Shown here in pieces: positions 25,724 through 34,044 of a stretch of DNA of 43,856 nt. Both the position numbers and the translations under genes were made by a program. Source of the DNA: Acidobacteriota bacterium. GTDB taxonomy: Bacteria > Acidobacteriota > Terriglobia > Acidiferrales > UBA7541. Under the pieces are notes generated by a model. It was not told the DNA's origin and made no database searches. It saw only the letters and a list, made by a program, of their open reading frames with translations. Position 1 is the first letter of the stretch. Each line of letters starts with the position of its first letter. The DNA lies in assembly GCA_003224105.1 (NCBI GenBank), contig QHYL01000409.1:1-43856 (forward strand), given 5' to 3'.

Positions 25724-28120
25724 TCAGATTTGTTCAAGATACTGCCTCATGCTGCTGGGCCCTTCGAAATGCTCGTTGGCTTGTGGATTCGATTCGTGCT
25801 TTGTGGGTAGATCAAACGGCCGCGAGGTTGAACGCTCGTCAGCACTTCTACTCCATTCGCTATGTTTTACCGGCAAACTTGCGTCAAATAGCCGGCGGCC
25901 ACTGAATGCGAAGTAGCTGCCCCCACAAATGACGAACTGCATTACCGCTCTGTTAGCGTCCGTCGAACAGTATAAAAACGTGGCGTTGCTTGCGAATGGT
26001 CCAACTTGCCAATTCCCCGGCTTGTCGGCGAAAAATAAATGGTCTTGCGAGATTGCCGTGGAATAGCGAAACGCGTTCACCGGAGCTCCCCTGTGTCCTG
26101 ACTCCACGGGGCGGAGTAACCCGAGGTGGGCTGTAACCTCCGAATGCGGAATCAGCATGGTCGTCAATTCAACAGGCAACGGCGCATGAGTTGTCACTCG
26201 GAAGGTGGGAGATACCTCCTTTTTTCCGTAAACCGGCGAATGCCAGCCTCGGGAAATCTCCTTCCGGCAGCTGCTACTGGCTGTGCACAACAGGGCGAGA
26301 GGAGCGACGTCATCTCCAACGAACATGGCGCCATCTGGGATTGCATACAGAGAGCCCGGCGCAAAATGCCACGAAGCTGTCAGTTTGTGTAATCCCGTTC
26401 CTTCGAGGACATCGCGTATGACCCAGAAGCGCGATTTCAAGTGAAAAATAAACCGGCGATGCTGAACTGGCGAAGGCAGTTGCGAATAACCGGTGTGCGT
26501 GCCGAGAAAAAAGTCAAACGTTTTGCCGTTTATCCAGGAGCCCAACGCGCCATTGGCTCTTCCTTTCCATTCGAAAGGTCCTGCGGGGTCGGCTTGACTA
26601 GTGTCGTCCACCTGAATGGTGTTGTGGGCGGATGTTCCGCGAAACCAGTCGCGTTCGCCGCAAGGATCTGCATAGGTAAACGTGCCTGGATCAATCAGCA
26701 GCGGTTTTCCATTTGCAGTTAGTTGCACACTCAGCGCGTCGGCGTGACCATGACCACTTCGGCCCGCTCCTTGTGGGCCAGCGTCTACCACAAGCTGGTA
26801 CGATGTAGAACCAGAGCTTCGCATCACATAAAGTCCACCAGCTTCCTTCGCTAAGGAATTATGTTCCAGCCTCTGCGGTGGCAGCCCCTTGAACCGTCGC
26901 ACGCCTTCTGTGCCCAATAGCCAAAGCAGCTCTTCTGTTCCGCGACTAGCCTCAGTTTTGAAATCGGGCCGGTCATACAACGCAGAACCTATGACTAAAG
27001 GATCGAGCATGTGCTCCCGCTGATTGCGGCTAGGGTCAAAAACGCGGCCGCCATCATCATCCCCAAACTGAGGCGCGAGCCCGGCATCGGCAAACTCAGC
27101 CGTGGTTTCGAGCATCTTTTCAATGATCTGGTCAAAGCTTTGAGGGACTGGAATGTGGTTTAGTTCCGCAAGAATCCGCGAATGAAGGAGAAAGTCCAGA
27201 GCATAAGTGTGGTAATACATTGACTGCTCAAAGTGCATGCCGTCCGGACGGACTTGGCGCTGGGCCTCCTTCAAAATAATGTTCCAACCGCAATCCCGCC
27301 AGTACCGAGCTGCGGAAAGCCCAGGACACAATAGGCCGATGAAAAAGAGACCGACTCCCTCCCCTAGCAAGTGAGTATTCGGAGAGAAGTAAGTCGAAAG
27401 GAATCTCTTGATATGCCGCGCATTCAAAGCCAGGGCGTGAGAGAGGTCGGCAGAGAACTCCTTGGGAACGACAGAGCAACCATCGAGCAAATGCCACACC
27501 CACAGCCAGGACAAGCTTCTAAACGCAACTTCCAAGCTGCTTGCCCAATTAATTCCCATTGGATACGGATTCTTCTCGCGCCATTGATACCACTGTTGGA
27601 ACAGCTCTCGTACGTAGGCATTTTCTTCGGTCAGGCGATAGGCTTTGGCAAGAGTCACCAGGTGTTGGTGGCGGTTTAGTTCCCAAACCACCTTCGAATC
27701 ACCGACCTGATCGAAGTCCAGATATGGAATGCGAAACCATGGACGAACCGGCGCGCGTTTGCCGTGCACGGCATCCAGGTGCCAGTCGATTTCCGGGCCG
27801 TAGTTCAGTCCCTGGTATCCGAGCAAGTCAAAACGATGCCGGCAAATTTGCTCGGCTCGCTCGACAATCTGTTCCGCTGCCTCGGGAAACAGCTCCCAAA
27901 GTGACGCGAAGATTTCTGGCAATTCTTCTTTTCTAAAGAAAAAATGACCGCAGCGTTCCAGACCATTCCTGTGGTCACCGTTCACTGTGGAGATGCCCAT
28001 TTGATACAAAGTAAAATCACAGCCCTTTGCCAAGGCCTGCAGCGTTCGCACTCGAATCTCGTCCCAGCCCATTTCGGTCAGGCGCTTACAGCGTCTGATC
28101 CATTGATTCTTAGTCGGCAC
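25724..28120 (-). CDS. Heparinase II/III family protein (polysaccharide lyase-like)
   Basis: WELNRHQHL, NWASSLEVAFR, PNTHLLGE, DGMHFEQSMYYH, GHGHADALS, LIDPGTFTY, RGTSAHNT motifs. Confidence 0.9.
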   Translation of the reverse strand: MPTKNQWIRRCKRLTEMGWDEIRVRTLQALAKGCDFTLYQMGISTVNGDHRNGLERCGHFFFRKEELPEIFASLWELFPEAAEQIVERAEQICRHRFDLLGYQGLNYGPEIDWHLDAVHGKRAPVRPWFRIPYLDFDQVGDSKVVWELNRHQHLVTLAKAYRLTEENAYVRELFQQWYQWREKNPYPMGINWASSLEVAFRSLSWLWVWHLLDGCSVVPKEFSADLSHALALNARHIKRFLSTYFSPNTHLLGEGVGLFFIGLLCPGLSAARYWRDCGWNIILKEAQRQVRPDGMHFEQSMYYHTYALDFLLHSRILAELNHIPVPQSFDQIIEKMLETTAEFADAGLAPQFGDDDGGRVFDPSRNQREHMLDPLVIGSALYDRPDFKTEASRGTEELLWLLGTEGVRRFKGLPPQRLEHNSLAKEAGGLYVMRSSGSTSYQLVVDAGPQGAGRSGHGHADALSVQLTANGKPLLIDPGTFTYADPCGERDWFRGTSAHNTIQVDDTSQADPAGPFEWKGRANGALGSWINGKTFDFFLGTHTGYSQLPSPVQHRRFIFHLKSRFWVIRDVLEGTGLHKLTASWHFAPGSLYAIPDGAMFVGDDVAPLALLCTASSSCRKEISRGWHSPVYGKKEVSPTFRVTTHAPLPVELTTMLIPHSEVTAHLGLLRPVESGHRGAPVNAFRYSTAISQDHLFFADKPGNWQVGPFASNATFLYCSTDANRAVMQFVICGGSYFAFSGRRLFDASLPVKHSEWSRSADERSTSRPFDLPTKHESNPQANEHFEGPSSMRQYLEQI

Positions 28121-29222
28121 TGGCGAAGTCCTGGGCGAGTTCCTTTGTTTTTAGGGAAGATTCTTCCAGCAGCCAATCCGCAGTTCGCGCGATGTTGTCT
28201 TCCGCACCGTGGAATTGCGTCTGTTCCTTCACCCGCTGGTAACGCTCGGTCACTAAAACAAGCTTGTCGTATAAGTCGCTTGCATCGTTTTCGCGGTACG
28301 TAGTTACCTGGGGAGGGCGACTGTAATTCTCACTGGCAATGACGGGAACTCCCAGCGCCAGTGACTCCAAAACTGAAGCGGCCACGCCATCACATGCCGG
28401 TGTGCGTATATAGGCGAAACAACGTTCGAGCAATGTTGAAAACGCGTCGTGACACAGGTTACCGAGCAACAGTAGACTCTCTATCTCGTGGGTCGGCCAC
28501 TGGACAACGAATTCCTGTACAGCACGTAATTCCTTTGAGGGAAATCCAAGCCAGATGTATCCCGCTTGTGTGTGGTGTTCGCGGAACTTTTTCATGGCTT
28601 CGCGCAGCATTCCGAGTTGGTACTCGGGGCGGAAGGACACGTAACAAAAAAAGACCGGATGATGCCCTCTCAGAAATGACTCGATTTTCGGGCCCAGCGG
28701 AATCCGTTCGAATTCCAAATTTTGCCTGGAGAATGCTGGAATTGCCCTAACGCGATCAGGTTTAATGCCATAGCTTTCAATCGCCTGCTTAATCTTGGCA
28801 TCGTTGCAAGCGATCCTCCCGCACAGCACAAAGAGAAGCTTGTACACTTCCCGCAAGAATGTCCCTTGCGGTCTTGGAAAGTATTTTTGTTGCAAGCCGC
28901 CTTGCCAGCTCAGCGCTACGGGGCGGCCACTGAGTCTGCCAACCAGCGCGGCCAGCAAGGCCAGAACATATCCCGTTTTTGACTGGCCGTTGACATGCAT
29001 CTGAAACTGATAACCTTTCCAGGCAAACCGAATCAGCTTATAGACGTAGTCAAAGCCGTTTTGAACGTCGACGTAATCGTTTGTTTTTCGTTTACGGTTC
29101 TCGTTGATATTCAAAACCTGACATACATGCCCCCGGTGCCGAATTTCTTCGACGAGTAATTTCGTTTGCATGGCCCAGCCGCACGCCGGGGGAGGGTAGT
29201 TGCCAATCTCGAGGATCTTCAC
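28110..29222 (-). CDS. Glycosyltransferase family 4 (divergent)
   Basis: GTG at 29222 with GAGG RBS gives MKILEIGNYPPP; C-terminal DGVAASVLESLALGVPVIAS. The track start at 29354 overlaps the upstream gene. Confidence 0.82.
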   Translation of the reverse strand: MKILEIGNYPPPACGWAMQTKLLVEEIRHRGHVCQVLNINENRKRKTNDYVDVQNGFDYVYKLIRFAWKGYQFQMHVNGQSKTGYVLALLAALVGRLSGRPVALSWQGGLQQKYFPRPQGTFLREVYKLLFVLCGRIACNDAKIKQAIESYGIKPDRVRAIPAFSRQNLEFERIPLGPKIESFLRGHHPVFFCYVSFRPEYQLGMLREAMKKFREHHTQAGYIWLGFPSKELRAVQEFVVQWPTHEIESLLLLGNLCHDAFSTLLERCFAYIRTPACDGVAASVLESLALGVPVIASENYSRPPQVTTYRENDASDLYDKLVLVTERYQRVKEQTQFHGAEDNIARTADWLLEESSLKTKELAQDFASAD

Positions 29223-29260
29223 GTGGCGCCTCGCTGGTGATTTGATCTTTGTCGCTTGAG

Positions 29261-30541
29261 TTAGATCGCGGCGGCCTCTGCCTGGCCGCCCGTTTTGAGC
29301 TTTACCCAATGGAGGAAGTTCCACGCAGGCGCGGGCAGTTTGCCGCGAAGCCATTCCTTACTTTGTGCAAGCGAATTCGTGCATGAGAGATACACGCTTC
29401 CACTGCTCCCAGGCCGCGCAAAACTCAAGTTCAAGTAGACACCTGGTTTCGCTCCCCAGTTCTGCTTGTGCGGCGCAAATCCTCCAAGAAAGTCGTACCG
29501 TTTTACACCGGTCTCAATAAAGTGTTTCAGCATATCTCCCCGCAGGGCATAGCCAGCTTTGTCAGCCGCAAATCTTGGATCGAATCCTTCCTGTAGGATG
29601 TAGACCGTGTCCCGATAGCGAAAACAATATTGAGTAGCTGCGGGCGCGCCGCTCAATTCCATGAGCCAGAACTCCAGCCAACCTTTGCGGAGAAAGGATT
29701 CTCCCATCGAACGGTAAAATTCTCTGCGCTCGCGAGAGCCAAAGCTTCCTGGCTGGTTCACCAGATTCCAGCGCTTCTCGTGAAGCGAAAAAAGAATCTC
29801 CAGCCTTTTCGATAGGACGTCTGGATTGTCACAGCGATGAATCATGACCTGGTATCGCTGCGTCAATTTTCGCGGGTAGCGCGTTACCAAAGGTCGAAAA
29901 GCGGGCGAGAGACTTTCCAAATAAAGTGGCCAGGAGCTTGGTAACTGAATTGCTGAACAAGGAGAATCTTCTGCCACCAAGGTCCAGTTAGCGCGCTTGA
30001 GCTCTTCTATTAGAGCTGCGGCTGCCTTCGAATTGTCAGGCATAGTGTTGAGAGAGCAGATGTCCCAATCTTGATGGTCCTTTAGCCAACGCATGAGAGC
30101 TTGTGCACACTCTCTTTCGAAGCCCGGCCGAATGATTAAGTCAAGATTGTCTGAGTCTCCAGAGCCATCTCCAACAAAACGCAACCATGCCAATTTGCCA
30201 AGAAACGGGCTCTTGCGTTCTTCGAGATAGCAGGGAACCAGGCCGACGAGCGAGTCGTCTTGGTTGGAAAGCGCCAACGCCATTACTTGCTTGTTCTGGC
30301 CGAATGCCTTCCACCAGGAACCGAGCCATTCGGGCGTAGAAAAAATCGACAGGGACTTGTTATCGCGCAAAATCGTTTCCCAAGCTGGAATCTGTTCCTC
30401 GAGTTGCTTCCAGGTATTGTAAGTTGACACGCGAATCGTTTGCCCCTCAATTCCCTTGAGTTTCCGGAGCGATTCAGCCACGGGCGAATGCATAGGAGCT
30501 GCGTCTGCGAATGGATTCAAATGAGTTAGGGAAGTTGCCAT
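29261..30541 (-). CDS. GNAT acyltransferase of CelD/BcsL (FemAB-like fold) type
   Basis: IFSTPEWLGSWWKAF, LVGLVP, SDNLDLI, QEGFDPRF, YDFLGG...HKQNWG pattern. Confidence 0.85.
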   Translation of the reverse strand: MATSLTHLNPFADAAPMHSPVAESLRKLKGIEGQTIRVSTYNTWKQLEEQIPAWETILRDNKSLSIFSTPEWLGSWWKAFGQNKQVMALALSNQDDSLVGLVPCYLEERKSPFLGKLAWLRFVGDGSGDSDNLDLIIRPGFERECAQALMRWLKDHQDWDICSLNTMPDNSKAAAALIEELKRANWTLVAEDSPCSAIQLPSSWPLYLESLSPAFRPLVTRYPRKLTQRYQVMIHRCDNPDVLSKRLEILFSLHEKRWNLVNQPGSFGSRERREFYRSMGESFLRKGWLEFWLMELSGAPAATQYCFRYRDTVYILQEGFDPRFAADKAGYALRGDMLKHFIETGVKRYDFLGGFAPHKQNWGAKPGVYLNLSFARPGSSGSVYLSCTNSLAQSKEWLRGKLPAPAWNFLHWVKLKTGGQAEAAAI

Positions 30542-30599
30542 CGTTAGGTCTTGTCGCGCTATAGCGAGTGCGCACGTCCATCAAGACATTGTCGTTTGC

Positions 30600-31298
30600 C
30601 TAGCAAGTGGCGGATTTTGAAGGCCAGGACTCTTTCTGCTCCGCACGCCCCAACGCATCCGCAAACGATGCTCGAAAAGAAAAAGGGAATTTGTTGTTGT
30701 GGGCATTCCTGTTTATAAAAAAAGACTTGCCAAACAATTTGCAGACGAAAACTGTCCGAATTGGCCGGAACCCAAATCTTAGGTGCGTATTCATCGACAA
30801 GTAATTTCCCCGGTCGATCATGGCAATGATCTTGCGTTTGCTTAGCGTCTCCATCAATTTCCGAAGATACGTGGTCTTAAATCTGACCCAAATTCCCGAG
30901 AGGCGATGTTCGGGAAGGATGAAAGCGTCGTATGCATAAATCGCATCGGGAGGAATCTCGATCTTGTAAGCGTAACGCTCTTCCAAATGCGAGGGCTTCT
31001 CACAGAACCACTCATATCCGACAATCCGGCTTTCGATGATCGCAACGGCGCAATGATCCTTCATTTCGAATCGTTTCAGGAACACTTCGGGTGTTCTTTG
31101 ACATTCGGTCATACCTGGCAAATCCTTCAAACTCGCACGCCTAACCGCACAATTTGTTCGAGGCAAAGCCGTGCCAAGGTGTGGGATGCCCGTATACTCC
31201 AGGAAATGAAGGCAGTTGATATCCACTGGCTTGAACGGAATCCTCTGAAGCAGGTTTCTCACCGCAACAAGTAGCGATCGTTTGTAAAGCGGTTTCAT
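30600..31298 (-). CDS. GNAT-family acyltransferase-like protein
   Basis: VRRASLKDL, IVGYEW, YAYDAFILPEHRLSGI (motif A), N..S...HLRFGF (motif B). Confidence 0.72.
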   Translation of the reverse strand: MKPLYKRSLLVAVRNLLQRIPFKPVDINCLHFLEYTGIPHLGTALPRTNCAVRRASLKDLPGMTECQRTPEVFLKRFEMKDHCAVAIIESRIVGYEWFCEKPSHLEERYAYKIEIPPDAIYAYDAFILPEHRLSGIWVRFKTTYLRKLMETLSKRKIIAMIDRGNYLSMNTHLRFGFRPIRTVFVCKLFGKSFFINRNAHNNKFPFSFRASFADALGRAEQKESWPSKSATC

Positions 31299-31334
31299 TT
31301 GTCTTCAACGTTTCTAGAGCGTCCCCGAAACCCC

Positions 31335-32684
31335 TTACTGGCTCACAGCAGCCGCAGTGTGATTCATGCTAGACTCAGCGTTTGCCGGAATTCCCTGAAA
31401 ATTGCATCGATGACGGGAAGAGCGCAGATCGACGACCTGTTGCTCCGGTCGGATAGCCGCCTGCAACGTTTCATTGTCGATCGTGTCCGTTCCTATAACG
31501 ACGACTTCTGCCTGGGCGATCACATCTTCTAGTTCTGTTGAGAGACGAGCACCGATGTGAGGAATCTCCTCCTGAATGTATTGCCGATTGGATCCGGTCA
31601 GCCGGCCCATGGAAACGTCCTTGTCCCACACTTGAACGTCGCAGCCTTCGCCCAAGAGCCGCTTGATCAGCTGCACGGAAGGGCTTTCGCGGAGATCATC
31701 GGTGCCAGATTTGAAACTTAGTCCCAGAACACTGATTTTCTTGCACTTTGTTTCCAAAACTGCTTCAATCGCGCGATCGAGGTGTGCCTTGTTGCTGGGC
31801 AGCACTGCTCGCAGCAAAGGCAGATCCAGATCGAGTTGCTTTGCGCGATGGGTGAGGGCCCGAAGGTCCTTTGGCAAGCAAGAGCCTCCAAAAGCAAAGC
31901 CTGGATCCAGATACGCTTTAGAGATGTTAAGTTTCTTGTCCGCCGCGAAGATCTCTGTCACCCTGCGCACATCCAGATTCAGCTGAGTGCACAGAGAACC
32001 GATTTCGTTTGCGAAGGTTACCTTCAGCGCGTGAAAAGCGTTGCAAACATACTTAACCATTTCTGCTTCGCCCAGGGAGGTCTCGAAGATTTGTCCTGGC
32101 GCATCACGATAGAGATCACGCAGCGCGTCCAAATGCGAATAGTTATCGGCCCCTAAAACCGTGATTGTGGGATTCAAGAAATCGGAGACCGCGCAACCTT
32201 CGCGCGTAAATTCCGGGTTCGAGCACACGGCGAAATCGATCCCGCTCCGTTTGCCGCTTGCTTCTTCAATTGCGGGGATGATCACAGACATGGCTGTTCC
32301 CGGCAAAATGGTGCTGCGAATCACGACTGTATGGAAACCCTTCTTCGATCGCAGCGCCTCGCCAATGTCTTGGCAACTGCGTTTCACACTGTTTAGGTCC
32401 AAGCAGCCGTTCCTAAGGCTTGGTGTGCCTACGCAGACGAAGGAGACATCGGATTGGAGCACGGCGGAATGCGTATCCGTCGTAGCGCGCAGCCTTGCGG
32501 ACCTGTGACCTTCCTCAATCAGTTCCTTGAGCCTAGGCTCCAGTACCGGTGCCTGGCCTGATTCCATCATTTCTACTTTCAGCGGATTAACGTCTACACC
32601 GACGACCTCGTGGCCCTTGTGTGCCAGGCAAGCCGCGGTCACCGCCCCCACATAACCCAATCCGAATACGCTTACGCGAGCCAT
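31335..32684 (-). CDS. Nucleotide-sugar 6-dehydrogenase, GDP-mannose dehydrogenase (AlgD)-like
   Basis: GLGYVG, CVGTPS, NPEFTREG, EMVKYVCNAFHALKVTFANEIG, PGFAFGGSCLPKD, GLSFKSGTDDLRESP. Confidence 0.93.
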   Translation of the reverse strand: MARVSVFGLGYVGAVTAACLAHKGHEVVGVDVNPLKVEMMESGQAPVLEPRLKELIEEGHRSARLRATTDTHSAVLQSDVSFVCVGTPSLRNGCLDLNSVKRSCQDIGEALRSKKGFHTVVIRSTILPGTAMSVIIPAIEEASGKRSGIDFAVCSNPEFTREGCAVSDFLNPTITVLGADNYSHLDALRDLYRDAPGQIFETSLGEAEMVKYVCNAFHALKVTFANEIGSLCTQLNLDVRRVTEIFAADKKLNISKAYLDPGFAFGGSCLPKDLRALTHRAKQLDLDLPLLRAVLPSNKAHLDRAIEAVLETKCKKISVLGLSFKSGTDDLRESPSVQLIKRLLGEGCDVQVWDKDVSMGRLTGSNRQYIQEEIPHIGARLSTELEDVIAQAEVVVIGTDTIDNETLQAAIRPEQQVVDLRSSRHRCNFQGIPANAESSMNHTAAAVSQ

Positions 32685-32748
32685 GGTTTAGAACTCCATA
32701 CTGTTGATATTGGCAAGATTTTCAGGCGGCTCTTTCCGACGGCAGCGA

Positions 32749-33969
32749 CTAGAGATTCTCGCTGCCTCTGTTCGCCTGGCTGAGAGAATTCGCTGGAAAC
32801 GTGCGGCGAAGCTCAGCGGGATGCTGTGGATCCCTATAAAGCTGCTTCAGCCTTGCCATAACGCTTGCAAAATTGAATTGCGCCAGGATTCTTTTTCGAC
32901 CGGCGTGTCCCAGTCGCTTGCGCAGCTGCTCGTCTTTCAGCAGACGTAGAAGGGCGCCGGAAAGAGCGGTTGGGTTCTCTGCTGGAATCAGAAGGCCATT
33001 GGTTTCGTTTTCTATGATTTCGGGCACGCCGCCGACTGTAGTGGCTACAACCGGTAGACCAGCGGCCATATACTCCAGGACCGCGTTTGGTAGTCCCTCC
33101 GTCCTTGAGGCAAGGACCCCGATATCACAGCTGGCCAACAATGCAGGGATGTCCATGCGGTGTCCCAGAAAGGCAAACATTTCTTGTAGCCCCGCAGCAC
33201 GGACCTGGTTCTCAAAGAATTGGCGCATTTCGCCATCGCCCGCAAGGACGAACCTTGCCTCTGGGTGCTCTTTGCGTATTGTTCGCGCCGCTTCAATCAA
33301 ATCGCCGTGGCCCTTCGCGCCGGTGTGCATGTTCGCAACGGTTATGATCAGTTTGTGAATCGAAGAGACACCTGGAAGCAAATTCTTCCGGTCGCCAGTC
33401 GCTTGGACGTATTTCTGTGCGTCAATTCCGTTGTAAACCACGTGGATCTTCTCAGGACGAAAGCCGTCTTTTATTAGCAATTCTTGGCGAACGGCCTCCG
33501 AGTTCACTAGAACCTGTGTTGAAAGCTCCTGAACCCTCCGAAGAATTTTTCTCCTTACGGGTGTGTACCACCACCACCGCCCCAAATCTCTTTGACTCGA
33601 AATGACGACCGGGACTCTTGCCAGCCATGCCGCAGGAACAGCAAACAAATTTGAGTACAGATCGCTGGCGTGAACGACTTTGAATTGTCTCTTGCGAAGG
33701 AAGGCTACTAGCTTCAACATCTGCAAAAACGCATTAAGCCGAAGCAAACTTGTATGCACGGGAAACTCCACACACTCAAGCTCAGCTTCGTTCAACCTTG
33801 CCTTCAAAGGGCCGTCGGCCCGCAAGCAGCCGACGGTTACTCTGTATCCTTCCCATTTGAGCTGCCGGGCCATTTCGACACACTGTGTTTCGGATCCGCC
33901 CAAGTCCAGCGACTGGATGAACATCAATACTCGTGTGCCGTTCTGTTCTGAAGAGATAGCGCTATTCAT
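32749..33969 (-). CDS. Glycosyltransferase family 4
   Basis: LDLGGSE, VVYNGID, KGHGDLI, SRTEGLPNAVLEYMAAGLPVVAT. Confidence 0.94.
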   Translation of the reverse strand: MNSAISSEQNGTRVLMFIQSLDLGGSETQCVEMARQLKWEGYRVTVGCLRADGPLKARLNEAELECVEFPVHTSLLRLNAFLQMLKLVAFLRKRQFKVVHASDLYSNLFAVPAAWLARVPVVISSQRDLGRWWWYTPVRRKILRRVQELSTQVLVNSEAVRQELLIKDGFRPEKIHVVYNGIDAQKYVQATGDRKNLLPGVSSIHKLIITVANMHTGAKGHGDLIEAARTIRKEHPEARFVLAGDGEMRQFFENQVRAAGLQEMFAFLGHRMDIPALLASCDIGVLASRTEGLPNAVLEYMAAGLPVVATTVGGVPEIIENETNGLLIPAENPTALSGALLRLLKDEQLRKRLGHAGRKRILAQFNFASVMARLKQLYRDPQHPAELRRTFPANSLSQANRGSENL

Positions 33970-34044
33970 ATTCGGTTCATCTTCCTGTCCTGCATGGAGA
34001 ACGCCTCTGTTCGCTCAATCGGGGATTTATTCCCCAGGGCCGAG

